Origin: an uncultured Pseudomonadales bacterium
GTDB lineage: Bacteria; Patescibacteriota; Microgenomatia; UBA1400; UBA12028
Reading direction: 5' to 3'
DNA: 64,000 bases
NCBI GenBank assembly: GCA_964635905.1
Contig: CAZWPK010000003.1
Location: 2,459 to 66,458, forward strand
The notes below the pieces were generated by a model, which was not told the origin of the DNA, did not search any database, and saw only the letters and a list, made by a program, of their open reading frames with translations. The position numbers were made by a program, and so were the translations under genes. Shown piece by piece: positions 54,455-63,635 of this stretch. Every line of letters begins with the position of its first letter. Within the stretch, counting starts at the first letter, position 1.

Positions 54455-56179
54455 GTGACGAAAAACTATATGGCACGACGTGTTGAAGAAAACCGGTGGA
54501 ATCAGTTTCTACGCACTATTTTGCCAGAATCTGGAACACCTCAGGAAGTCGTCACTGATGACAATATTCTTGAGCAGTGGAGGAAGATTGTTCCCCAAAA
54601 CAGATTTGGTGAGGTCTCAGCAACGCTTGGTCGTGATACATTTCGCTCAGAATTTGAACGGGCGCTTCAAGATGGTACTCTAGAGGAATTTTTAATAGAA
54701 CAACTCTCAAAACCAAATCCATATACAGGTATCTATGTTGTGCGCTCAGCTCCTGAAGTATTAACTTCGGCTGCTGATAAAGATGTTCAAGCTCTGCATC
54801 AGCCAACTTTTTTACACGAGCTTTTAACAAAACTTTCAACATTTGAGGATGAACTGCAGAAGAGTGGTATGCCATCTATTTTTATAGAAGAATATCAGCA
54901 TAAAGCTGCGGCAATTCGGCAATTTATACAGGCAGCTATCTCCATCGGTACCCCAGAGTTTACACAGTACCAACAGTCTGTGAAAGCTTGGGAAAAGTTA
55001 TTAAATGTGAAAGACCAATCTTCATCGAGAGAATTAAGATTACCTTATGAAGAGCAATCGTTACGGATTTTGCAGGCAAACAAAGAATCTAAGCCCGTCT
55101 ATACCTCTGTGACACAAGTGTTAGAAGAAATCTGGCATTTGAGTGATTCTGAAAAAGAAGCAATAGAGTTTGATACATTAACCCCCGAATCAACAAAACT
55201 ATCAGTAGCGCAAGGCAAAGCTCTTTTTAGAAATATTCTCAATCGAATTGGGTTAACAGACTGGGAGGTAGAAGAAACGTCCAGCTCTGCAATCAACGTA
55301 ACTGCGCAGGCTAAAAAGATTGCTTTCCCAAGATCGCGAGTGCTTACTGCGGACAGTGCTGCTTTTGTTGTTGCGCACGAATTTATTCACGTAATCCGTG
55401 GTGCAAATGGAGCAAAACAGGATTGTGCATTGTTGGAATCTGGGATGGAAGACTATTTACCTACAGAAGAAGGATTAGCAACATTATCCGAGATGATCAT
55501 GGGACAGCCATTTGGTCATCGAAGACAAGTGCTTTTTGCAGCACGATATTATGCAGTGGCTCAAGCCCTAAAGGTTGTAAAGGATAGTGATTCACATACC
55601 TTCAAGGCCAGACATTCCATTCAGGAAATCTATGATGAGTTAGTTGGTTTTCAGGTTGATCCTGAAGACGCTGCTGATCTTGTTTGGCGGATTTTTCGTG
55701 GAACTTCGCTTACAAGACAAGTAGTGAATACTGGAGTAACCTACAGTGATGGTACTTCGGTGATGGTCGCTGAGACATTTACCAAAGACGCTGTCTACTT
55801 TATCGGTCAAATGATGATGTTTGATACTGTTAAAGCGGTGATGCCAGTTCTCAAAGAAGAAATGGCAAAAAAAATTATCACGTCATCCGAGGATTTTTCA
55901 GATCGAGTACTTGCAAGGATTGGTCGTGCCATTGCTTTGACGGTGACCGATCAGAATGATCAAATACCATCCCAAGTGTTAAGCAAAGAAATGTATGATG
56001 AGTTTACTAAACTCGGAAGAGCAGCCCTCTTATCAATTCTGCAATATTATTTGCCTGGCAAAATGACCTTAGAAAGTTTAAGCGATCCCGAGAGTGGCTG
56101 GCAACCAACTATTCATCGAGAAAATTTAATTGAGTATTCTAGAATCTTCCAACCTCACACCGAAAACCTTCGAGAATAG
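54455..56179 (+). CDS. DUF1704/MATCAP-like metallo-carboxypeptidase
   Basis: VAHEFIHVIRGANG, YLPTEEGLA, RIFRG, FTKDAVYFIG. Confidence 0.72.
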   Translation: MTKNYMARRVEENRWNQFLRTILPESGTPQEVVTDDNILEQWRKIVPQNRFGEVSATLGRDTFRSEFERALQDGTLEEFLIEQLSKPNPYTGIYVVRSAPEVLTSAADKDVQALHQPTFLHELLTKLSTFEDELQKSGMPSIFIEEYQHKAAAIRQFIQAAISIGTPEFTQYQQSVKAWEKLLNVKDQSSSRELRLPYEEQSLRILQANKESKPVYTSVTQVLEEIWHLSDSEKEAIEFDTLTPESTKLSVAQGKALFRNILNRIGLTDWEVEETSSSAINVTAQAKKIAFPRSRVLTADSAAFVVAHEFIHVIRGANGAKQDCALLESGMEDYLPTEEGLATLSEMIMGQPFGHRRQVLFAARYYAVAQALKVVKDSDSHTFKARHSIQEIYDELVGFQVDPEDAADLVWRIFRGTSLTRQVVNTGVTYSDGTSVMVAETFTKDAVYFIGQMMMFDTVKAVMPVLKEEMAKKIITSSEDFSDRVLARIGRAIALTVTDQNDQIPSQVLSKEMYDEFTKLGRAALLSILQYYLPGKMTLESLSDPESGWQPTIHRENLIEYSRIFQPHTENLRE

Positions 56180-56314
56180 GTGAAATAGCGATTAGGTGGG
56201 GAGGTTGGAAGGGACGTGATGACAACTTTTTCCCAATGTGGACGCTTTCAGGTGGATATCTATAAATAAAATCCCAACTCAATTTCTCTTTGATTCTTGT
56301 ATGCTAGTAGATAG

Positions 56315-56971
56315 ATGAAGAAGACATTTCTTACCATTATATCCATTATTGCTGTTCTCATTTTAATCATCTTCTTACGTTCGTTGTTTCCTGAAGAGTA
56401 TGTCCAGGAAGTCATCTTTAAAGCTGGTCCTTTGGGACCGTTAGTGTATATTCTTCTATCGATTGCGGTTTATATCTTTGCCCCTTTTTTGGCACCTCCA
56501 CTAGTGTATGTGGGATACTATGCCTTTAGTCGGAATGTGGTTTGGTACGCAAGTATTGCGTCATTTATCTGTTTCTTTACCAATTTTTGGATAGCACGAT
56601 TATGGGGACGATCCTGGGTGGAAAGAATGGTGGGAAAGAGCGTGATGAAAAAGGTGGACTTAACAAGCAAAAACTATGGATTGACGACATTATTCTTCTT
56701 GCGAGTTTTTCAAGGAGGGATGAACGACGTCATTTCGTATGTTGGGGGATTAACGACCATTCCATTTCGTTCCTATTTAATAGTGTCGACGTTTGGCCTA
56801 CTACCCGGAGCAGTATTATGGTATTGGCTTTCACTGGCGGTGCATGATTCTGTAGAGTTTTTTGTGGTCAGTACAGCAATGTCTTTTTTCCTCTCAGGCT
56901 TGTTTTTGGGAGCAACCTATTTTATTCACACGATGCGTCAACGTCGGCCGCATTCACATTCTCGAACGTAA
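56315..56971 (+). CDS. TVP38/TMEM64 (DedA/VTT) membrane protein
   Basis: FWIARLWGR, FFLRVF, DVISYVGGLTTIPFRSY, GLLPG. Confidence 0.88.
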   Translation: MKKTFLTIISIIAVLILIIFLRSLFPEEYVQEVIFKAGPLGPLVYILLSIAVYIFAPFLAPPLVYVGYYAFSRNVVWYASIASFICFFTNFWIARLWGRSWVERMVGKSVMKKVDLTSKNYGLTTLFFLRVFQGGMNDVISYVGGLTTIPFRSYLIVSTFGLLPGAVLWYWLSLAVHDSVEFFVVSTAMSFFLSGLFLGATYFIHTMRQRRPHSHSRT

Positions 56972-57062
56972 TGTCATTCTGGAGTAGTAACTGCATGACC
57001 ATCTTCCGTTTCGTTGGGTTGGCTGTCAGAGTTTGGTATGAGACAATAGCCGATTCAAAGCT

Positions 57063-58103
57063 ATGAAGACAGCCATTTCACCCAGCAAATATGGAGTTAT
57101 TATTGCGAAAGGATTCGCAATTCTTGCCGTGATTACGGTCCATACGCTTGCAAGCCTACCTCCGAGTATTTATACCGTAGTACAGACGGTGGATTTAGCG
57201 ATAGCGATTGATCAACTAACTCGATTTAGCGTTCCGTTGTTTGTCGCATTATCTGGATTTGCTTTAAGTAAGAAATATGAGAATACGGTTGTACCGGCAG
57301 TATCATTTTACTGGAGCAGGCTGCAGAAACTGTTTCCACTCTATCTTCTTTGGAGTCTACTCAGCATCTGGGTACTCTCGTTTTCAAAATCTTGGTCTGC
57401 TGGAGGACCATCGCATCCGATTTGGCTGCGATTACTACGAGGGGAAGCAGATTACCAGTTCTATTTTGTTCCCATGATCTTGCAACTCTACGCACTTTTC
57501 CCCTTGATTCTACGCATCGTTTTCAAGTATCCCGTGTTATCGTTGGCTGGAGCAATGAGTCTCCAGTTGACTGCTTTTTGGGTCTTTCGGCAGCAATTAA
57601 CCCATCAACTGGAACTTCCGTTCAATGCCAGTGATCAACGTCATTATTTGTTATTCGTGTCCTGGATTGGCTATTTTGTGTTGGGGATGGTTTGGGCACA
57701 CTGGGAATCAAAAAAGCACCTTTCCCGTTGGCTTCCGTTGTGGATGGCTGGGGTAATTGGGTCGTACTTAGTGATTACTTGGAGTGGGATTAGTCAAATC
57801 AAACTGGGATTGGATCCTATCTTGGCACTTCGCTTTACTCGACCAGAGATTGTTGTCTTCGCGACCAGTGTGATTCTGATGTTTCTGTCCGTAAAGGAAA
57901 AATTCATCTCTAATTCTTCGCTACTGACCCCAATCTATTGGGCAGGGAAACATTCGTATCTCCTGTTTTTGTCGCATACGGTACTGTTACGCATCGTTGT
58001 GGGGTATAAAGAAGCTACTGTTTCCACCCAAGTACTTCTATCAGCTTTGGTTGTCTGGGGCGTAGGATGGATGCTCTCGATAGCGTATCGGCATAGTGAA
58101 TAA
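57063..58103 (+). CDS. Acyltransferase family 3 membrane protein
   Basis: KGFAILAVITVH, RFSVPLFVALSG, YQFYFVPMILQLY, SYLLFLSH. Confidence 0.9.
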   Translation: MKTAISPSKYGVIIAKGFAILAVITVHTLASLPPSIYTVVQTVDLAIAIDQLTRFSVPLFVALSGFALSKKYENTVVPAVSFYWSRLQKLFPLYLLWSLLSIWVLSFSKSWSAGGPSHPIWLRLLRGEADYQFYFVPMILQLYALFPLILRIVFKYPVLSLAGAMSLQLTAFWVFRQQLTHQLELPFNASDQRHYLLFVSWIGYFVLGMVWAHWESKKHLSRWLPLWMAGVIGSYLVITWSGISQIKLGLDPILALRFTRPEIVVFATSVILMFLSVKEKFISNSSLLTPIYWAGKHSYLLFLSHTVLLRIVVGYKEATVSTQVLLSALVVWGVGWMLSIAYRHSE

Positions 58104-58131
58104 GAATACAATTTGCGGTACACTAGTACGT

Positions 58132-58695
58132 ATGGACAGACCCACGACCGAAACCCCAGAAACAATTCCACCAATAGATACCCTAGATCAGCACCAAGAG
58201 CGGATTCTCTACGAATGGGTTTCTGCGTCACGACCGTATAAGAAACGCGATCGAGAGTTCTATACCACCATTGGGGTGATTGTCTTTCTCGTCTCTCTCA
58301 TCTTGTTTTTTGCTGGCCAGTTCCTCTTTATTGCTGTCGTAGTGAGTGCAGCGTTTGTGGCCTATGTCTTAAACACCATCCCTCCGGATAACGTTCATAA
58401 CGCGATTACCACGTTTGGCATTCGATCAGGACAGCAGCTCTTCTATTGGGAGGAGTTAGGACGTTTCTGGTTTACCGAAAAAAATAAGACCTCGATGTTG
58501 CATGTGGAGACAGCCCGGGCATTCCCAGGAGTCCTGGTCTTATTGCTCCAAGACATTTCTCAGGAAGAAGAACTAAAGAAAATAATTCTCAAATACACGG
58601 TGTTTGAAAAGCCTAAGGATACTTGGGTCGACAAAGCCACTCTGTGGATGCAAGAAAAATTCCCCTTAGAAAAAGACGATCAATCTTCAACGTAA
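58132..58695 (+). CDS. Conserved membrane protein (DUF5673-like)
   Basis: LYEWVSASRPYKKRDREFY, two TMs, FYWEELGRFWF; TACACT 7 nt before ATG 58132. Confidence 0.65.
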   Translation: MDRPTTETPETIPPIDTLDQHQERILYEWVSASRPYKKRDREFYTTIGVIVFLVSLILFFAGQFLFIAVVVSAAFVAYVLNTIPPDNVHNAITTFGIRSGQQLFYWEELGRFWFTEKNKTSMLHVETARAFPGVLVLLLQDISQEEELKKIILKYTVFEKPKDTWVDKATLWMQEKFPLEKDDQSST

Positions 58696-58743
58696 CGTCA
58701 CAAACTATTTACCGATACGAAATATTTTTCGTCTACGTTCCTG

Positions 58744-60684
58744 TTAGCTTTGTGGTGGGGTTGGAGGTACCAGTTCACTCGGGTTATATCCCGTTTCAGC
58801 AACTTCCTCAGCTTGTTCCTGCGCCTGTGATTCTTGCTGTGCAAACGCTTCTTGGCGCTTGCGTAGTAGCTCTTGGGGATCCGTGGTGATGAGTGCATGT
58901 TCTTTCTCACTGGCAATGACACGAATGGCAACGTGGTTTTGTCCGGCAAAGAACAGCCCTTCTCCAACATCTGCTGCCATGAGTAACCGACGTTCACCCT
59001 CTGAAAGGAAGAACACTTCCGTAAGACGGGGAATCGACGCTGAGGACTGTTTCATCAAGAACTGTATGGAGGAGTTGGTAACGATGGGTTTTCCATATTC
59101 AGAGACCAAAAAGTCTTCCACGTCCTGGGTGATCGTTGTGATACCCAAGTAGTATTTTCGTGCGCGTTTGGCCAAGGAGTGCAAAAAGGAAGCGCTGTCC
59201 GGATGCTTCATGAAGTACCACGCCTCATCCACAATCAAGATACGCTTTTTTAAGGTCTTCTTGATACGTGTCCAGATAAAATCCAAGATCATGAACATTG
59301 CGATTGGGCGCAACTCGTCTTCGAGTTCCTTGACGGAGAAGACGGTGAAGTGGTTGGTCAAATCAAAGTTTGATTTACGATCAAAGATACCTCGAAAGGA
59401 ACCTTTTACAAACTTTTCGAGTCTAGCCGCTAGATTAGCAGCATCGGGTGTTTCCATGCCGATTAACGCCTTATACAGGTCTTCTAGTAGCGGAGGCTCA
59501 TTGCTTTGGGTCGCAGGATCCGGAGTAATGCCTTTTGATTTATATGCAGCCACCAGTGCTTGATCTAATACGGCATCCTCGGTGGGAGATAAACTTCCAA
59601 TCATGACACGGAGGAGAGAATGCAAGTTGATAATCTTAGTGCCTAATTCATTTTGACCTTCTTCATAGACAGAAGACAAATCAAAGGGATTGATTTTGAC
59701 ATTAGAATTGAAACTAAAGTTAACATATTCTCCACCAACTGCATTACACAAGTCTTCATATTCATGCTCAGGGTCTAGAATCAAAATGTCGGCTCCAAAC
59801 ATGAGTTGTCGGTAGGCTTCTAACTTCACAAAATAGGATTTTCCTGCACCGGACTTTGCAAACACCACCATGTTGGCATTCTCCATCGAGAAGCGATCAA
59901 AAATGACCAAGGAATCATTGTGTTCATTAATGCCGTACACAATGCCTTGTTCTTGGGTCAACTCAGAGGATGTAAAAGGGAACGTCGTTGCCAGAGAAGT
60001 TGTGTCCATGTTACGGACATAACTTAGCTTGTCTACTCCAGTGGGAAGGGTGGTTTTGTACCCTTCCTCCATTTGGAGTGTGGCGCTTTTACTAATGATT
60101 AAGAGTGATCCTAACGTCGATTGAACTTGTTTGGTGACTCGATCGAGTTCTTCTAGGGAGTGGGCCGAGATCGTAATGTAGAGCCCGAATTGGTAAAAGC
60201 GCTCGGCGCCTTTAGCCAGTTGTTCCTGGATTAATCGAGCATCCTCCAATTTGATTTCCGTATCGATGTTTCCAATTTTTCCTTGTTTTAAATCCGATGA
60301 TAGTTCCGCTTCCATTTCTGTAATCTTGCGACGTAGATCTTGCAAAATTTTGGCACTGTCGACAGGGAAGATGTACATGGAAATATCCATGGAATGGGGG
60401 AAATTGATTAAGGGGGAGAGCCAGTTTGCCGGAACCGAACGTGGATATCCAGAGATGAACAGTGTACGAGTATAGGTGGCATTAATGCGTTGGTAGGTAA
60501 AGTCAACTTCGATAGCTTCTGGCGCAATGATATCTAAGATACTCACTAGCCCGGATGAGAATTTTGCAATTTCTGCGTTCAATTCTTCTGCCTGTGAGGG
60601 AACTGGGGTTGCTGGGGTGCCAGTGGATCCAGTTGGGGTTGTAGGAGGTGATTTCTTTAATAACGAAAATAAATTAAGTGCCAT
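58744..60684 (-). CDS. VirB4-like secretion/conjugation ATPase
   Basis: NANMVVFAKSGAGKSY, LDPEHEY, INPFD, LIVDEAW, RARKYYLGITTITQDVEDF. Confidence 0.92.
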   Translation of the reverse strand: MALNLFSLLKKSPPTTPTGSTGTPATPVPSQAEELNAEIAKFSSGLVSILDIIAPEAIEVDFTYQRINATYTRTLFISGYPRSVPANWLSPLINFPHSMDISMYIFPVDSAKILQDLRRKITEMEAELSSDLKQGKIGNIDTEIKLEDARLIQEQLAKGAERFYQFGLYITISAHSLEELDRVTKQVQSTLGSLLIISKSATLQMEEGYKTTLPTGVDKLSYVRNMDTTSLATTFPFTSSELTQEQGIVYGINEHNDSLVIFDRFSMENANMVVFAKSGAGKSYFVKLEAYRQLMFGADILILDPEHEYEDLCNAVGGEYVNFSFNSNVKINPFDLSSVYEEGQNELGTKIINLHSLLRVMIGSLSPTEDAVLDQALVAAYKSKGITPDPATQSNEPPLLEDLYKALIGMETPDAANLAARLEKFVKGSFRGIFDRKSNFDLTNHFTVFSVKELEDELRPIAMFMILDFIWTRIKKTLKKRILIVDEAWYFMKHPDSASFLHSLAKRARKYYLGITTITQDVEDFLVSEYGKPIVTNSSIQFLMKQSSASIPRLTEVFFLSEGERRLLMAADVGEGLFFAGQNHVAIRVIASEKEHALITTDPQELLRKRQEAFAQQESQAQEQAEEVAETGYNPSELVPPTPPQS

Positions 60685-60692
60685 ACAGGTCC

Positions 60693-61856
60693 TTACACGG
60701 TATCTTTGAGTACGGTTACATCTGGAGTGGGTTGGTTAAGAGCTGCTGGCTGATTAGGATCCAACGTACTGATCTCTTCTTGAATAGAAGCTGACGTGGT
60801 GGTTGCTTGTGGAGTGGTTCCCACGGATACCGTTTCTAGGGCGGGTAATTGGGGAGGAGTCAAACGAATGGAGGGAAGCTCGGAAAATTCCTGAGGCAAC
60901 GACACTACAACCTCTTCTTTCTCTGGGAGTGCTGGTGTGGGCAGACTTGGTGTTGCTTCGGGAGTAAGCGGCGCTGGTGGTTGTAGATTTTCTGTCGCCA
61001 CTGGGGTAGGCAATGGTGTTGGGATGGGTTGTACAGGAGGAGTTTCAACCACAGGTGTGGTCTCTGGTGCAGGTACAGTGGTAGGTGTTTGTACTGGCTT
61101 GGATACCGCGCTAACTGGCAACGGGACAGCGGTTTCTGCTGCAAACTTCGCCTGTAGCACAGGGAGTGGGGCGATATCGGCTTCAACCAATGGAGAAGAA
61201 TACTCGGAAGGGTTGGTTACATGCATCCCATCGGAGGAATCAGGATTGTACATGGTATAGAACAGTTGAATTAATTCTTGCGTAGAGAGCTGACGAAGCG
61301 ACAATCCAATCCGAGCAAACTGATGGACTAAGTGGTCTCGTCGGGGGGCAAGGTTGGTGAGGGCTTTTTCTAATACGGTGCCTTTGTCCAGAGTTTCCGG
61401 TGCTTTTTTATTCATCCCAGGGATGAAAGTGGCGCCAGAGATGATTCCTCCCTCAATGGCGGTATACGTGATCACGATATAGAATTTCTTCTCTAACACG
61501 TTGCGCTCTTGTACGAGCTCTTCTACAAACTGTCGATAGTCTTTGATGTTGCGTTTATTGACGGGGTTATACGCCTTGAGTTCGGCTTGATGCAAGAGTT
61601 CCAAATACGACGTGACATCTTTTCGCTGAGATCGAATCACGATTTCAATTGGGAACGATAGCGAGTTGAGAAGGGCGGCATAGGCATAGATTGCAGCATC
61701 CTGTTCTTCTTCGGAGTAAAGGTCAAAATTGATTGCGGTTGAATTTAAGACCATGGAGACCGCGCCATCACGAAGCAGAAGTACATCGTTGGTGATATCA
61801 AACAGTTCTAGATATTTTTGCGTCGTTGATTGGAGGGCATTGGATTGGTTGATCAT
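60693..61856 (-). CDS. T4SS-associated protein (VirB4 N-terminal-like domain) with Pro/Thr-rich tail
   Basis: STTQKYL, INFDLYSEEEQDA, LNSLSFPIEIVIRS, LFYTMYNP; lies between PrgI-like and VirB4-like genes. Confidence 0.72.
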   Translation of the reverse strand: MINQSNALQSTTQKYLELFDITNDVLLLRDGAVSMVLNSTAINFDLYSEEEQDAAIYAYAALLNSLSFPIEIVIRSQRKDVTSYLELLHQAELKAYNPVNKRNIKDYRQFVEELVQERNVLEKKFYIVITYTAIEGGIISGATFIPGMNKKAPETLDKGTVLEKALTNLAPRRDHLVHQFARIGLSLRQLSTQELIQLFYTMYNPDSSDGMHVTNPSEYSSPLVEADIAPLPVLQAKFAAETAVPLPVSAVSKPVQTPTTVPAPETTPVVETPPVQPIPTPLPTPVATENLQPPAPLTPEATPSLPTPALPEKEEVVVSLPQEFSELPSIRLTPPQLPALETVSVGTTPQATTTSASIQEEISTLDPNQPAALNQPTPDVTVLKDTV

Positions 61857-62977
61857 GATGCTTGAATGAGGATAGGTTCTACTACTTGATTATTCAGGAC
61901 TAAAGATTGGTTGTCAAAAAGACTTCCATCTTTCTCGACACTAATCATGTATTCGCCCTTATCTAAGGGGGTGACAACTGCAAACTGACCTAAGGTATTG
62001 GTTTTTAAGGCACGTACGGGGGTGTGATCGGCAGCTTTGGAGATCGTTACAATGGCATTTTCCAGAATTTTTCCATCCGAAGAAACAACCATCCCAACCA
62101 CCATGTTAGGAACGGTAGGTTTACTGGGGAAAGGCAAGGAACTTAGAGTTTGAACTGGTTTTAATGTTTGACCCGGGAAAGAATTTGATACCGTTGGTTT
62201 TACCACAGTAAATTCTCCAGATAGTGCAGGGTTTGAGGCAGAAATTGGAGAGGCAGGAAGGGAAATTTCCGTATGTGTTTTGTAGCCAACGGGTTGAATT
62301 TGGGGAACCTGCACATCCGTTGTGCCGACACTATCGTTGTGTTCTTTGGAAATGACGGATTCACTAGGAACTGCGACCTCGTTATCAGATTCTAAAATAC
62401 GAGCAGACACAGGAAGCGTATTCTCGGTTTTTGTAGGCAGCGGTATTTTCATGGCTTCTTGAATGGGTACTGTTGTTGGTTGCGGGGTAGGTGCGATGGA
62501 GGGATTTTCAAATAATGCCAAAATTGCTTGGGCTTTAAGATCATCCGCATCCGGTTGGGAAGACATTGAGGCAGAGGGAAGTGTGGTTAAAAATTCTTTG
62601 ACTCGTGAGTCTCGCAAGGGGCGATAATCTACTTTAGGCGTAGTGTCTAAATTTGTCGGGACTTTGTACTCAAAGACATCTGGAATGGTTTGTGTCTTTT
62701 TCCAAAAGAACATGGTTGGCTGATAGATCGAGCGAATGAAGGCTAGAAACCAGCGATCCAATGGACGTCCTTCCAGAGGAACAAAGGCAAGCGCTAACCC
62801 AGTAAGACCAACAATCGCCATGAGGGGATACTTAATAAACACGGGAAGGTTTGTCATGTTAATGACAACCGCTAAGATGACACCACCCGCAATTTCCATA
62901 AATTGCTTGAGTGTCATCTGACCGATCAGATGAAATTCATATCCCGTGACGTTTTGGGGTACTGGATGTTCTTGCAT
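61853..62977 (-). CDS. PrgI-family (VirB3-like) protein with C-terminal carboxypeptidase-regulatory-like domain
   Basis: HPVPQNVTGYEFHLIGQMTLKQF, two TMs, EGRPLDRW; C-terminal GMVVSSDGKILENAIV...TNTLGQF. Confidence 0.82.
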   Translation of the reverse strand: MQEHPVPQNVTGYEFHLIGQMTLKQFMEIAGGVILAVVINMTNLPVFIKYPLMAIVGLTGLALAFVPLEGRPLDRWFLAFIRSIYQPTMFFWKKTQTIPDVFEYKVPTNLDTTPKVDYRPLRDSRVKEFLTTLPSASMSSQPDADDLKAQAILALFENPSIAPTPQPTTVPIQEAMKIPLPTKTENTLPVSARILESDNEVAVPSESVISKEHNDSVGTTDVQVPQIQPVGYKTHTEISLPASPISASNPALSGEFTVVKPTVSNSFPGQTLKPVQTLSSLPFPSKPTVPNMVVGMVVSSDGKILENAIVTISKAADHTPVRALKTNTLGQFAVVTPLDKGEYMISVEKDGSLFDNQSLVLNNQVVEPILIQAS

Positions 62978-63061
62978 GGGAAAATGTTGGCTATGATGAC
63001 TTCTTTATGATACCAGATGAGTGGTAGACAGCCAATCCAGTAGATTTAAAAAGAGTGTCGT

Positions 63062-63634
63062 TTACTCTTGTAAACCAAACGGATGGGATTTCATTTCCAT
63101 TTCGGTTAAGTTTTTCCCAATTGTGGTGTCAAACTGTGCCTGCGTCATTGGGGGGAAGTACCAGATTGAGAAAACGGCGGTGTCGTTTCCAATGATTGCA
63201 GTTCCCTTTGACGGATACACGTCCATTGAATAGGTGATTCCCCATTCTTCGGAATATCTAACAGCTTCGGGCTTACCTAATTTCTCTTTCAGCGTGGTAA
63301 AAGTTCCACTCTCGGAGGCCGAAATAAAGCGCTCGATCACTTGAGCTCGGTCGTTTTCTAGGACAACAACGTTGGGATGCCGGGCAAATACTGACGGGTA
63401 ATCATATTTTTGAGCAGAGCCGACTTGAGAAATTTGCAGAGGGACACCCATGGCTGCAATTACTGCTTCCGAGTCACTTCGACCGGGCTCAATAGCATTC
63501 CAGGTATTAAATTCCGTGGTTGGTGGCAGTGATGATTCCGGCGTAAAAAAACGAAAAACAATTGTCAGAATCAAAACTCCAACTAAAACAAGGATGTACC
63601 AACGACGTTTGAGAAGCAACAATAGTTTATTCAT
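63062..63634 (-). CDS. Hypothetical membrane-anchored extracellular protein
   Basis: KRRWYILVLVGVLILTIVF anchor; two MGVP/LGKP-type units. Confidence 0.7.
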   Translation of the reverse strand: MNKLLLLLKRRWYILVLVGVLILTIVFRFFTPESSLPPTTEFNTWNAIEPGRSDSEAVIAAMGVPLQISQVGSAQKYDYPSVFARHPNVVVLENDRAQVIERFISASESGTFTTLKEKLGKPEAVRYSEEWGITYSMDVYPSKGTAIIGNDTAVFSIWYFPPMTQAQFDTTIGKNLTEMEMKSHPFGLQE

Positions 63635-63635
63635 A

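Noticed and set aside
54258-54486. ORFs 54258-54458 and 54304-54486
   Set aside because: They read through the two tRNA genes.
54400-58743. Integrative element at tRNA-Ser(CGA)
   Set aside because: No integrase and no duplicated tRNA 3' end seen downstream.
60693-61200. Pro/Thr-rich stretch as a tandem DNA repeat
   Set aside because: Low-complexity protein linker without exact nucleotide repeat units.
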